Part shown: positions 17,275 through 32,422 of the stretch, piece after piece
Numbering within the stretch: position 1 is the stretch's first letter
Layout of the letters: every line of letters starts with the position of its first letter
NCBI RefSeq assembly: GCF_009914755.1
Contig: NC_060931.1
Source: the human T2T-CHM13v2.0 reference genome, Homo sapiens
DNA: 64,000 nucleotides
Direction: 5' to 3' (one strand)
Program-made: the position numbers and the translations under genes
Notes under the pieces: generated by a model
Database searches by the model: none
What the model was told of the DNA's origin: nothing
The model's input: only the letters and a program-made list of their open reading frames with translations

Positions 17275-18021
17275 TGAAACCACCTTTATAAAGATTATAA
17301 CAGTGAGATAAGTTTAGCAGGGCTGACACTGTCTTGCTTTTAGCTTCACAGGCTGTCTGTCCTCCCTTATTCTGGGGAAGGGCCAAGTTAACCACAGGAG
17401 GAATTTAGTTTGTAGTTTAACTTTAAGGCAAGGATGATAATAGTCTCTTCCTCCCTTATTCTGGGGACAGGCCAAGTTAACCACAGGAGGAATTTAGTTT
17501 GTAGTTTAACTTTTAAGCAAGGATGATAATAGTCTCTTCCTAAAACTGACCCCATCTTTGTTTTGGGACTGAAACTGCCTTTGTAAGACTAATGAAAAAT
17601 GACAAGATTAGGCTATGGGAGGTGCCTTTCATAGCATGCCTTTCTATAATTGTTTACTGCACCAGAAGTCACAAGATTTGTGACTCTCCCAACTGATCCT
17701 ATAGATAACATCATATTGTAGAATCTAAGATTGGTCTTTTGAGATGTGTTTCAAACCTTTGCATTCTAGTGACTGACTGACTCCACCTGGATTTGTGCCT
17801 CATGATTCAGCCCATCCTGTGGTCCCATCTAGAGGCAGACTCAGCTCATGCATAAGGATAGTTTTCCCTATGATTTAATTCCCCAACGAATCAGCAGCAC
17901 ACATTCCCTAGCCCCACTGCCTGCCAACCCTAGCCTGTGAGTTCTCAGGGAGGCTGATTTGAGTAATAAACTCCATCTACCACTTGGCTAGCACTGCATT
18001 AATTAAGCTCTTTATTTGCTA
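17275..18021 (+). mobile_element. ERV1 LTR8-family LTR (LTR8A-like), 3'-truncated, with an 89-bp internal tandem duplication
   Basis: TGAAACCACCTTT...GGAGGAATTTAGTTT...GCAAGGATGATAATAG; homologous to 45553-46297. Confidence 0.85.
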
Positions 18022-18280
18022 AATTTCAGTTAGTTCAGAGGAATAAGTTCAAGAGATCTATTGTACATTATGGTGATTATAGTTAATAACATATATTGTA
18101 TAATTGAAAATTGCTGAGAGTATATTTTAAGTGCAAAATATAAGCATGTGAGGTGATTCATATGCTAATTAGCTTGATTTAGCCAGCCCACAATGTATAT
18201 ATATATCATAACATCATGCTGTATCTCATGAACATATACAATTTTTATCTGTCAATTAAGAAGAATTAAAATAAATAAAT
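18022..18280 (+). mobile_element. L1MA (MA7/8-like) 3' end
   Basis: GAGGAATAAGTTCAAGAGATCTATTGTACA...TGAAAATTGCTGAGAG...A-rich tail. Confidence 0.8.
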
Positions 18281-18879
18281 CTGTAATTTCATTGACCATT
18301 TCTCACAGGTTGTTTTAAAGCATAAGTTAAGGTGATCAACATATTCTTCTCTTTGTTATACTTTTCCCTACTTGATATATTAGTGAGAATATTAATTATC
18401 ACCTCATTCTCAATGACTAGGTTAATTACTACAATTATTTTAACTAATATAACTTTAAATACTACTTTAGAGTTTCTACTCTTAGTATGCTTTATTTGTG
18501 GATAAACACTTTTAGTTATCTAGGTACATTTTTATGGCACTTGGATTTGATGGGAATAAAAAGAAATTAGCCTGATCTAAATCTTTAGTCTTTCTTTGTA
18601 TTCTCCATATATTAGTCATGGTTTCCATGTTGTTGAATTGTCCTTTTTTGGAGTTAACATGCCTGATTTCTCTTTACATTGGCCAATAAGAGGATGTAGA
18701 ACTGCAGCTGGTATTTAATTCTAATTATTTGCATTTTTCAATAACATTTATTTCAGAAAAATTTTTCAAGATTATTTTTTGCTAAGCACAAGATATTTGC
18801 TATTCTGTACCATGTTCCCTAAAAGCATAATGCTAATAGAAATCTGCACCTTGATTAATTTTTATATTAAAAAACAAGT

Positions 18880-19087
18880 GGCTAGGCACAGTGGCTCACA
18901 TCTGTAATCCCAACACTTTGGGAGGCTGAGGTGGGTGATCACTTGAGGTGAGGAGTTCAAGACCAGCCTAGCCAACATGGTGAAACCCTATCTCCACTAA
19001 AAATACAAAAATTAGCTGGGCATGGTTGTGCACGCCTGTAATCCCGGGCAACAGAGCAAGACTCTGTTTCAAAAAACAACAAAAAAA
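18880..19087 (+). mobile_element. AluS with a large right-arm deletion
   Basis: Complete left arm; right arm jumps from CCTGTAATCC to GGGCAACAGAGCAAGACT. Confidence 0.88.
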
Positions 19088-22000
19088 GAAAAGACAAATA
19101 AAAAAATGATAAAATATTACAGTGTTCTGAAAAGCCCCATACAGAATCAGCTCACACGTGTACACAGATACACATTACCAATAGACGTATGATCTACACA
19201 TAAGAACCAAGAGAGCAATTTTACTTTAATGGTACTTTGGTTCCTAAAAGGTCATTGTGAAGAGTGGATTTCTTATCTAATTTTACTTGTTTTTAAATTT
19301 TAATTCCTAATCTAAACTAGCTGCCTCATGTACGCTTTCAGAAGCACTTGATGCTGGAAACAGACAATATGATAGAGTGTGGGGATATTATAATAAGGGC
19401 CAAAGGCGAATAGTCAAACCTGAGAAAAATGGGATGTGAGTTGGTGATATCATGGAGAATTAACTTAGGAGTTAGTGGGTTAAAAATATGATCTCCAGGG
19501 AAATGAGTTCAAACTTTTAAAATGCTGGAAAAAAGAATTTTAAATCTGAGAGAATGGATTTCTCACTTTGGGGACATTCTGGTGATAGAGGGTAGGGGAT
19601 TGGTAAATGATTTCTGACTTACTGCTGCTGATTTTGAAATATTTTACCTTCATATTCTTTTACCTATGGCTTTAATGTCCATAACTTAAAACAGTATCTT
19701 CTAAAATTATTATGATTCCCTAAATATGCATGTTAAAAATAATGAATACTCGTCAAAAAGACTAACATAAACTCTGTTAGATAATAGAAAAGAAACAGCT
19801 AGTAGTGAGGATTTCAATTTTCATAACTTATTTCCTAACTCCATGGTGTCTAAAACTTACTTGAAAGAAACATTATTTCCTTTATCCCTGTCATAGTTCT
19901 TCAGGCTGTATTATGCATACCACATCCTCTGTAGCCCTCAGCCTTTGGTGGAAGAAACGAAAGAAAAAAAAAGTAACAATTACATCTATTTGATGTTTCT
20001 TCTGCCTATGAGGTCTTTGTATAAGTAATGCACACTAACCAATCATGCCATTGGCTCTCCATGAGGTCTTTGTAAACCTAGAAAATGTTTTTCTCTATTG
20101 AAACAAATCTCATTATTAAAACATACTGAGACAGAGTAAGATGGCTAAACAGGAGCCTCCACTGATCATCCATCCTCCTCACAGGAACACCAAATTGAAC
20201 AACTATCCACACAGAAAAGTGCCTTCATAAGAACCAAAAACCAGGTGAGCAATCACAGTACCTGGTTTTTAACCTCATATCACTGCAAGAGGCACAGAAG
20301 AGGGTAAGAAAGACAGCATTGAATTGCTGACACTACCCCTCTCCCATCCTCCAGCATTGGCCACCTGGTGCTGAGAGAGTCTGTGCAACTGGGGGAGGGA
20401 GAGTGCAGTGATTGTGGGACTTTGCATTGGAACTTAGTGCTGATTTGTTACAGTGGTAAAAACACCGAGCAGAAGTCAGTGGATGCCCATAGAGGGAGCA
20501 TTTAGACCAGCCATAGCCAGAGGGGAATTGCCTATCCCAGCAGCTGAAACTAGGGTTCTAGCAAGCCTCACTACCTCAGGCTAATGACTCTGGAGTCCTA
20601 AATAAACTTGTAAGGCAGTCAAGGCCACAAGACTGCAATTCTTAGACAAGTACTGGTGATGTGTTGGGCTTGGAGCCAGTGGACTTGGGGGACATGTGAC
20701 CTAGCAAAACACCAGCTGGGGTGACCAAAAGGAGTGCTTGTGCCACCCCTCCCAAAACCCCAGGCACCACAGCTTACAGCTCTGGGACAGACTCCTTCCT
20801 TTCACTTGAGGAGTGGGGAGAGTAAAGAGGACTTTGTCTTACAACTTGAGTACCAGCTCAGCCACAGTAGGATAGAGCAACAGGCAGTCCTGTTCCTCTA
20901 GTTCCTCTTCCTGAAGTTCCTCTTCCAAAACCTAACTCTAAAATGACATTTCTAGATACACCCTGGGCCAGAAGGGAACCCACTTCCTTAAAGGTAAAGA
21001 CTCAGTCCTAGAGGGATTCATCACCTGCTGACTAAAGAGCACTTGGTCCCTGAATAATCAGTAGTAATACCCAGGCAGTACTCACAATGGGTCTTTGGTG
21101 AGATTCAGAGATGTGTAGACTTCAGGTATGACCTGACATATTCCCAGCTATGGTGGCTATGGGGAGGGACTCCTTGTGTTTGAGAAAAAAAGAAGGAAGA
21201 GTAAAGGGGACTTCATCTGTCAGCATAGGTACTAACATGACCACAGAGGGATGGTGCACCAGGTGGACTCATAGGGTCTCCAATTCCAGGCCTTGGCTCT
21301 TAGATGGCATTTCTGAACCTGCCATTGGCCAGATGGAAGCCTGCTACCCTGAAGGGGGCGTTCTAGGCCTGGCATCATTCACCAGAAGCTGACGGAAGGG
21401 CCCTTGGTCCTTGAATGAACATTGGCAGTAGCCAGGCAGTACTCTCTACAAGTTCGGGGTGGTGGTGTCCATGAGGGGAGACCCCTCTGCATGTGGAAAG
21501 GGATGGTAATAATGGGAAGGACTTTATCTTGTGGCTTGGGTGCTAGCTCAGCTGCAGTAGAATATAGAACCAAGTAGCTTCCTAAGGTTTCTGACTCTAG
21601 GCCTTAACTCCTAGATGGCATCTCTGGACCCACCTGGGATCAGGGAGAACTTGCCACCCTGAAGGGAAGGACATGAGCCTGTCAGGCTTCACTATCTGCT
21701 GATTGTACAGCCCTATGCCCTTGAGCAAACACAGCCAGTCAGCAATTACTCTAGGTCTTGGGCAAGACCCAGTGTTGTGCTGGCTTCAGGTGCGGCCCAG
21801 CATGGCCCCAGCGGTGGTGGCCAGAGGAGTGCTGGAGTCACCCTTCCCCCAGCACCAGGCAGCCCAGCACAGAAAGAGACTCCATTTGTTTAACAGAAAG
21901 TGAGAGAAGAGAACAACAGCGTCTGCATGGTAATCCAGAGAATTGTTCTGGATCTTATCCAAGACCACCAGGGCAGTAACATATAGACCAAGGTGGTATG

Positions 22001-23277
22001 TAAGACCTACAGCATTACTGGGCTTAGGGTGCCCCCTAATGCAGATATAGCTGCAGTGAAGAAAAACTTAGATCATAACACACATAGCCCTTCAAATACA
22101 TGGAAAATCCTCCCAAGAAGAATGGGTTCAAACAAGCCCAGATGGTGGCGGCTAAAATAAATGCCCAACTCTTCAATGCCCAGACAACAACGAATATCCA
22201 CAAGCATCAAGACCACCCAAGAAACATGGCCTCACCAAACAAACTAAATAAGGCACCAATGACCAATCATGGAGAAGCTGAGAGATGTGGTCTCTCAGAG
22301 ACAGATTTCAAAATAGCTGTTTTGAGGAAACTTGAGAAAACTCAAGATAACACAAAGAAGGAATTAAGAATCTTATCAAAAAGATATAAGAAATAGATTG
22401 AAATAATTTAAAAGAATTAAGCAGAAATTCTGGAGTTGAAAATGCAATAGACATACTGAACAATGCATCAAAGTCTCTTAACAGACTTGATCAACCAAAA
22501 GAATGAATTAGTGAGCTTGAAGACAGGCTATTTGAAAACACACAGTCAGAGGAGATAAAGGAAAAAAGAATGAAAAAGAATGAAGTATGACTATAAATCT
22601 AGAAAAAAAAGCCTCAAAAGGGCAAAGAGTCATTAGCCTTAAAGGGGAGGTAGAGGGAGAGTTAGGGGTAGAGAGTTTGTTCAACGGAATAATAATACAG
22701 AACTTCCCAAACCAGAGAAAGATACCAATATTTAAGTACAAGAAAGTTATAGAACACTAAGCAGATTTAACCCAAATAAGACTACCTCAAAACATTCAAT
22801 AATCAAACTCCCAAAGCTCAAGGATAAAGAAGGAATCCTAAAGGCAGCAAGAGAAAAGAAACAATAACATCCAATGGAATTCCAATATGTCTAGCAGCAG
22901 AATTATTTGTGGAAACCTTATAAGCCAGAATAGAGGGGCATGACATATTAAAAGTACTGAAGGAAGAAACTTTTATTCTAGAATAAAATATCCAGTAAAA
23001 ATATCCTCAAACATGGAGGAGAAATAGTTTCCCAGACAAAAAAAACCTGTGACATTTCATCAATACCAGATCTGTCCTACAAGAAATCTAAAAGGAGTTC
23101 TTCACTCTGAAAGAAAAGGACATTAATGAGCAATAAGAAATCATCTAAAGGTACAAAATTCACTGGTAATAGTAAATACACACCAAAAAACAATATTATA
23201 ACACTTTAATTGTGATGTGAATACTATTCATATCTTAAGTAGAAATAATAAAAGATAAACTGATAAAAATAATAACT

Positions 23278-23582
23278 GGCTGGATGTGATGGCTCACCCC
23301 TGTAATCCCAGCACTTTGGGAGGCTGAGTTAGGAGGACCGCTTGAGCCTAGGAATTTGAGAACAGTCTGGGCAAAATGGTGAGACCTCGTCTCTAAAAAA
23401 ATAAAAAATTCGCCATGCATGGTGGCACGTACCTGTGGTCCCAGCTGCTTGGGAGACAAGGGCACAAGAATGTCTTGAGCCTAAGAGATCGAGGCTATAG
23501 TGAGCTGTGATTGTGCCACTGAATTCCAGCCTGAGTGACAGCATAAGACACTGTCTGAAATACTACTACTACTACTACTACT
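23278..23582 (+). mobile_element. AluJ in the L1MA inter-ORF region, tail converted to (TAC)n
   Basis: Dimeric Alu; TSD-like TAATAACT on both sides; (TAC)n at 23561-23582. Confidence 0.88.
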
Positions 23583-24765
23583 AATAACTATAACAACTTT
23601 TAAAGACACAGTACAATAAGATACAAATAGAAACCACAAAAAGTTCAAAAATGGGGGTGGGAGAAAGTTACAGTGTACAGTTTTTATTAGTTTTCTCTTT
23701 GCTTGTTTGTTTATGCAATATGTGTTAGGTTGTCATCAGTTTAAAATAATGACTTATAAGATAATATTTGAAATTTTCATGGTACCCTCAAATCAAAAAA
23801 CATACAACAGATACACAAAAAATAAAAATCAAGAAATTAAAACATACCACCAGAGAAAATCACCTCCATTTAACGGAAGTCAGGAAGAAAGGAATGAATG
23901 AAGGAAAGAACACAAAACAACCAGGACACAAATAACAAAATGGCAGGAGTAAGTTCATACTTATTAATAATAACATTGAATGTAAATGAACTCTCTAATC
24001 TAAAGACACAGAGTAGCTGAGTGGATGAAGAAAATAAGATGCAATGATTTACTGTATACAAGAATTACACTTGACCCATAAAGACAAAAATAGACTAAAA
24101 ATAAGGAGATGGAAAAAGATATCCCATACAAATAGAAACAAAAAAGGGCAGAAGTATCTATATTTATGTCAGACCAAATTGATTTCAAGACAAAAACTAT
24201 AAAAAGAGACAAGGAAGGTCATTATATAATGATAAAAGGGTCAATTCAGTAAGAGGTAATAACAATAATAAATATATATATTCAATTAACACGGAACAAC
24301 CCAGATTATAAAGCAAATATTGTTAGAGCTAGAGACAGAGATAGACCCCAATACAATAACAGCCGGAGATTTCACAACCACATTTTCAGCATTGGACAGA
24401 TCATCTAGACAAAAATCTAACAAAGCAATATCAGACTTAATCTGCACTATAGACCGAATGGACTTATATAGATATTTAGAGAACATATCACCCAATGGCT
24501 GCAGAATACACAGTCTTCTCCTTAGTACATGGATCATTCTCAAAGACAAATCATAAGTTAGACCACAAAACAAGACTTAAAAAACTCAAAATAACTAAAA
24601 TAATATCCAGTATCTCCTCTGACCAGAATAGAGTAAAACCAAAAATCAATAACAAGAGGAATTTTGGAAACTATACAAACACATGGAAATTAGACAATAA
24701 GCTCCTGAATGGATCAATAAAGAAATTAAGAAGAAAATTGAAAATTTTCTTGAAATAAATTATAA

Positions 24766-25107
<342 letters not shown>

Positions 25108-27817
25108 TAAATGCAGCAAAATCAGTACTAATAGAAAAGTTTATGGCGATAAGTACCTGCATCAAAAAAGTAGAAGAACAATCTTATGATGCATCTTAAA
25201 GAATTAGAAAAATATTAGTAGGAGAAAATAAATGATAAAGATCAGAGGAGAAGTAAGTGGAATTGAAACGAAGAAAACAATACAAAGGTCAGCAAAGTAA
25301 GTTTGTTTTTTGAAAAGATAAAATCAACAAAATTTTAGCGAGACTAGCTAAGAAAAAAAAAGAGAAAAAGATTTAAATAATAAAATTTAAATAAAATCCA
25401 GGTTAATAAAAAAGACATTACAATCATTAACATAGAAATTCAAAGGATCATTAGAAGCTACTATGAGCAATTATATGCCAATGAATTGGAAAACCTAGAA
25501 AATAGGATGAATTCCTAGACACACTCAACATACCAATATTGAACAATGAAGAAATCCAAAACCTGAGCAGATCAATAACAAGTAACAAGATTGAAGCTGT
25601 AATTAAAATTCACCCAGCAAAGAAAATCCTGAGACCTGATGGCTTCACTCCTAAATGTTATCAAACATATAAGGAAGAACTAAAACCAATCCTATTCAAA
25701 CTATCCTGAAACAGATAGGAAGAGGGAATACTTCCAAACTCATTCTATGAGGACAGTATTACCCTGATACTGAATCTTGACAAAGACACATCAAAAAAAG
25801 AAACTTAAGGTCCAGTATCTCTGATATATATTGATACAAAAATCCTCAACAACAACAACAAAACTAGCAAACCAATTTCAAAAGCACATTAAATCATTTA
25901 TCGTGACCAAACAGATTTATCCCTTGGAAGCAAAGATGGTTCAGCATATGAAAATCAATCAATGTGATACACTGAAGGACAAAAACCATATGATCATTTC
26001 AACTGATGATAAAAAAGCATTTAGTAAAATTTAACATCTCTTCATGATAAAAATAAATCCTCAAAAAACTGGGTATAGAAAAAACATATGTCAACATAAT
26101 GATAGCCATATAAAACAGCCCCAAAGTTAGTGTGATACTGAATGGGGAAAACCTGAAAGCCTTTTCTCTTCTCTAAGATCCAGAACACAAGGATGCCCAT
26201 GTTCATCACTTTTATTCAACATGGTATTGGAAGTCATATCTAGACCTTTGTTTGCAGGTGATATGATCTTAGATTTGGAAAAAGCTAATGACTCTACCAA
26301 AAAAAAAAAAAAAAGAAAACAAACAGAACTAAAAAACAAATTCAGTAAAGTTGCAGGATACAAAAGCAATACACAAAAGTCAGTACCATTTGTATATAAC
26401 GAAAGCGAACAATCTGAGAAAGAAATCAAGAAATTAATCCTATTTACAATAACTAAAAATGGAATGGAATAAAATATCTGGAAATTAATTTAACCAAAGA
26501 AGTAAACAATCTGTACAAGAAAAACTATAAAACATTGATGAAATAAATTTAAATGGACACAAAGAAATGGAAAGACATTTCATGTTCACGGATTGGAAGA
26601 ATCAATATTGTTAAAATGTTCAAGACAATCTACAGATTTAATGCAATCTCTATCAAAATTCCAATGACATTCCCTACAGAAATAGGAAAAAAAAATACTA
26701 ACAGTTACATGGAACCATAAAAGACCTAGAATAGTCAAAGCTATCTTTAGCAAAAAGAACAAAACTGGAGGAATAGCATTACCTGACTTCAAATTATGTA
26801 GAGCTATAGTAACCAAGACAGTGTGGTACTGGCATAAAAACAGACACATAGGCCATCACAATAGAGAACCCAGAAACAAATCCATACATCTACAGTGAAC
26901 TCCTTTTCAACAGAATTGCCAAGAAAGTACATTGGGAAAGTGACAGTCTCTTCAATAAATGCTGCTGGGAAAGCTGGATATCCATATGCAGAAGAATGAA
27001 ACTAGACCCTTACCTCTTGCCATATACAAAAGCAAATCAAAATGAATTAAAGACTTAAATCTGAGACCTCAAACTATGAAACTACTAGAGGAAACATTGG
27101 GGAAACTCTCCAAGCCACTGGACTTGGCAACAATTTTTTTAGTAGTACCCAACAGGCACAGACATCCAAAGAAAAAATGGACAAATGGGATCCCATCAAG
27201 TAAAAAAGGTCCTGCAGAGTCAAGGAAACAATCAACAAAGTGAAGCAACAACCCATAGAATGAGAGAGAATATTTGCAAACTATCCATCTGACAAGAGAT
27301 TATTAACCAGAATATATAAGGAGTTCAAACAACTCTATAGAAAAAAACTCATAATCCAATAAAAAATGGGCAAAAGATCTGAATAGAGATTTCTCAAAAA
27401 AAAGGGACATACAAATGGCAAACAGCCATAAGAAAAGGTGCTCCACATCATTGATCATAAGAGAAATGCAAATCAAAACTACCATGAGATATTATCTTGG
27501 TTAAAAAGGCTTTTATAAAAAAGACAGACAATAACAAATGCTGGTGAGGATGTGAAGAAAAGGGAATCTTTGTACGCTGTTGGTGGGAATGTAAATTAAT
27601 ACAATCACTATAGAGAATAGTTTGGAGGTTCATCAAAAAACTAAAAATAGAACTACCATATGTTCCAGCAATACCACTGCTAGGTATACACCCAAAGGAA
27701 AGGAAATCAGTATATCGAAAAGACATCTGCATTCCCACGTTTACTGCAGCACTATTAACAATAGCCAAGATTTGTAAGCGATCTAAATGTCCATTAGTAG
27801 ATGGATGAATGGATTTA

Positions 27818-28143
<326 letters not shown>

Positions 28144-29305
28144 AAGAAAATGTGGTATATATACATGATGAAATACTATTCAGCCATAAAAAGTAATGAG
28201 ATGCTGTCATTTGCAACAACGTGGATAGATCTGAAGGTCATTACATTAAGTAAAATAAGCCAGAAACAAACAAACAAACAAAGAAAACAAACAAATGTTG
28301 CATATTCTGACTGATTTGTGAGAGCTAAAAATTAAAACAATTGAACTCACGGAGATAGACAGTGGAATGATGGTTACCAGAGGCTGGGAAGAATAGTTGG
28401 GGGTGAGAGGAGTGGTAGGAAGGGGAATGGTTAATGGGTACAAAAATATAATTAGATAGAATGAATAAGATTTAGTATTTGTTAGCACAACAGGGTGACA
28501 ACAGTTGACAATCATTTATTGTACATTTAGAAATAAATAAAAGAATATAATTGAGTTGTTTGTAACACAACGAATGAATAAATGTTTGAGGTGTTGGATA
28601 CCCCATTTACCTTCATGTACTATTACACGTTGTATGCCTGTATCAATGTATCTCATGTGCTTGATAAATAAATATACCTACTATGTACCCACAAATATTA
28701 AAAATTAAAAAAATATTATTTTATGACTTAATATTAAGAGACAAATTCTTACTTTTAAGAGGACTAAAAATCAGAAGGTTTTCAATCACCAAGTACAAAC
28801 CAAATAAAAAATATAGTTACAAGCACTGGGGCAGTTTCTACTGGCAAAGCATATTAATAGAAAATCTACTTTCTGAATAGCCCAGGGTTTGCATAAATGA
28901 TAATGTTTGTCATGCCACTGTTAAAATAACTGACATATCTAAAAGCACTTTGCATGTGAATAAATTCATAAAATAAAAGGCATTGAGTTCTTTATGATAG
29001 AATATAGAATATCAATCTCATTTCTCTTATACAAAAGAATCTTTAGGGTGTTGGAAGAATAAGTGAAGCATACAATTCGTACAAACTCCAGAAAGTGTCA
29101 TTTTTATTATATGAGCTTTATTATTTTTTAAAATATCATGTATATTCCTATATTATATGTTTCCCTGACTACTATTTTCAAGTTAGGACAGAAGATGAGC
29201 TTGAGTTTTTCTTAAGTATATTTTAACCTTATCATCATTCTTTCCACAACCTCTTTAAAAATTGCTTTAGCACACTGTCATTTACTGTTAAAATCTGACA
29301 CTGTT

Positions 29306-29597
29306 GGCCAGGCACGGTGGCTCATGCTTATAATCCCAGCACTTTGGGTGGCCTAGGCAGGCAGATCACTTGAGCTCAGGAGTTTGAGAGCAGCCTGGCC
29401 AACATGGTGAAATCCTGTCTTTACTAAAAATATAAAAATTAGCCTGGCATGGTAGCACACGCCTGTGGTCCCAGCTACTCAGGAGGCTGAGGCACGAGAA
29501 TTACTTGAACCCAGGAAGCCGAGGTTTCAGTGAGCCAAGAGCATGCCACTGCACTCCAGCCTATATGACAGAAAGGGACTTTGTCTTAAAAAAAAAG
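29306..29597 (+). mobile_element. AluS (Sx/Sz-like)
   Basis: Dimeric Alu with CCTGGCCAACATGGTGAAA; flanks ACACTGTT / ACACAGTT. Confidence 0.9.
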
Positions 29598-29639
29598 TAA
29601 TAACACAGTTTAAAACTGTTAACATTTACCCAATTATAG

Positions 29640-30710
29640 TAAAAATGTCAAGTTTGATAGAAGTATAAAATGATAAGAAGTAAAAATTTAAAAATCCTCT
29701 CTAACTCCTTTTCCTCTCCCAGAAACAAATACTGTAATTATTCATGTTGTATTCAAAGTGTATTCTACAAATTTTAAAAGTTAAACAATACAAATTTGAG
29801 AACACAATAGAATAATGTACACATATAGTCTGCCAAGTTGACTATAGGATAAGTACCTTGAAATGAAACACTGGATCTAAAGATATTTATCATTCCAGAT
29901 TTTGAGAGCTATGCTAAATTGCCCTTCAAAACAAAACAAAACAAAACAAAAAAGGTTACTGTTAACAGTGTATAAACATACTTTTATCCTCTGGGTTCTA
30001 TTAAACATTTCATTTTTTTTCAATCATATATGGAAAGTGATATCTTGGTGTTATGTTATGTGAGTGAGGCTGAGCAATTTGTCAAATGTGCATTTCTATT
30101 TTGCTCTTTCTGTGAACTGTCTGTTCATATTCTTTGACCATTTTTCTCTTGGGTTGTTCAACTTTTTCTATTAACTTGTAAGAATTCTCTGTATAAAATA
30201 AATTAATTCTCTATCACACGCTTTAGAAGTATCTTCCCCATTTTGTTGTTTGTCTTTTGACTTGTTTATGGCATTTTCAACTCCATAGAAGTATTTAATT
30301 TGCATGTATAATATGTATCCATGTTTTCCTTTATAGCCTCCAAATTTATTGAGATACTTACAAAGGCCATCTTACTGAATATGTTTTTAAAAAGTTTTCT
30401 TGCCATTATTTTCTCTATCTTCTCTTCTCTTTATGTTTAAAATTTTGGTGCTTCTAGAATCCAATTTGATGTAAAGAGTAACTAAGAATACAGTTGTATG
30501 CTTCTATAAATGGTTAGGCAGTCCTAAGACAATATTTTGTCCAGCCTATCCCAGTGAACAAAAATGCCACCTTAATCAGGTATTAAATTTTCCTAAAATA
30601 TATTTCTGGGCCTCTACATTTTTCCATGAATCTTCTACTTTTGTACCAACACTATACCACTTTAATTATTACAGATGTGTTGAAATGTGTTTAATATGTA
30701 GTAGAACTGA
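29640..30710 (-). mobile_element. Old L1M (L1ME/L1MC-like) fragment
   Basis: Antisense ORF2 3' remnant (TTTCTGTGAACTGTCTGTTCATATTCTTTGACCATTTTTCT; TTTGTCTTTTGACTTGTTTATGG). Confidence 0.7.
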
Positions 30711-30769
30711 ACTCGCTCAATCTAGAGTATTCAATAAACACAATAGAAAGTAAATGCTTGAAGAGACAA

Positions 30770-30930
30770 TTAAGGGCACCTAATTCAGCTCCTTCACTTT
30801 GGAGGTAAGAAAACTGGAGGCCAGGAATGTTCCAAGACTCATTTGAAATTCCATAGAAGTTCAGGGGAGAGAGGCACTAGAACAAGGATTCTCTTGCTAG
30901 TATTCTAGTACTCATTCTTCTGAGCCATGC
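30770..30930 (-). mobile_element. MIR fragment
   Basis: CTTCACTTTGGAGGTAAGAAAACTGGAGGCCAGG...ACTAGAAC antisense MIR core. Confidence 0.55.
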
Positions 30931-32422
30931 TAATAACTATTAAGAAATACATTCCCATAGACTTTAATACTTCTCAAATTATTTCTAGTCCATGTTTCTG
31001 TATGACACGTATTTTTCTATTCTAATTTTTTATGCCTTTGAACCTTCATTTTTCTATAAACTTGTGATACTTTCATTATTATACTTACTTACAAACACCC
31101 ATATCCCATGAAAAAGAGTGGGAGACAAACCAAATCTGTCTTCCAACATCCTTTGTCATGGTCTATTTATTTTACTCATTAGAATCCTAAGTGGGATTGT
31201 TCTAATGTTAAAAACATTTTCAAACCGATGCCCAATTGAAAGGTACAGTTTTGACTGATGATTACCATGGGAGTTGTCAGCTAGAGGTGGTCATTGGCAT
31301 GTTCATGAGATCTGTGGTTTCGCATGAAGTGTAAGGTATTGTAAGGTAATGCAAGCACCACTGAGGGTATGAACACAATACACATCTAACTTCTATTAGA
31401 CTTAAAAATGTGAAACAGTTATGTAAAAAGAATATGAAAATATGTGATGGAATCACACAATGATTTAGAGAAGGAAACTTCGCAATTCGCACAATGAGAA
31501 AAAGAAGATAAATTTAAGAAAATTTTAGAAAATAGTACCAGATTAAATCAGGATATCAGGTCAGTGTCTCTGGAGGTCTGCCAGAGAAACAACAGCAGGT
31601 GTGGAAATCGAAGAATATTAGAGTCTGGTAAGTCACTGCCTGGGGTGGTTTCATATAAAGAAGCTAGACGGTCTACAGAACTAGGAATCCATCTTACTCT
31701 CATGCCAATAATAAAGGTTATAATTTTAGACAATTATGCTATCACCTAGACAATTCTAACTGAAAAAAAAATACTCATTATATGAAATTTACCCAAACCA
31801 TTGTGGCAAAATTAAGGATTTGGATGTTTTCCAGTTGAATGGGGTTGGTCACATGATATTAATGAAAGAAAGCACATAGTTTCCCCAAAGCTAAAAGATC
31901 TGAAACACTTTAATATAAGCAGTGTGGAATGAGAGTTTAAGCCAAAATGCAGCATCATTTCTTATCTAGAAGGCACATTGTACAATTGCAGAATGTTGAA
32001 AAGGGTCATATAGATTAGGAACTAGAAAGAATCACTTGAATTAATAACTTTCACCCAAAGAGAGTAGAAAACTAATGCTCCCATTTATACTACTCTCAGA
32101 GAATTAGACGCAGATGCCTCTCAGCACTACAGATAACTACCTTTGACACAAACAAGTAAGGGATTTTTATTTTCCTTTCGAGATGGGTTGGTATGTGAAA
32201 TTGTTACTACAAATTGTTACTTTTAGAAACGAGTTTCCATCTTGAATACCAGACTACATGCAGCATGGCTGTTCCTTATCATGAACAAAGGCATTGAATA
32301 ATAATGTCCTCTTCAGTAACAAACATTTGTTCATTGCTCAGGAGTTTCTCATATTCATTAGGAGCTGAAATTTTAAATAAATGCTCAATTTCTTAAGTCT
32401 TTTCTGTCTCTCTCTCTCTCTC

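Noticed and set aside
16892-20074. Short direct repeats (CTTCAAAAAGTAAAC at 16892/16918; ATGAGGTCTTTGTA at 20008/20061) as an array or CRISPR-like structure
   Set aside because: Only two copies each with no regular repeat-spacer array; ordinary local duplications in eukaryotic DNA
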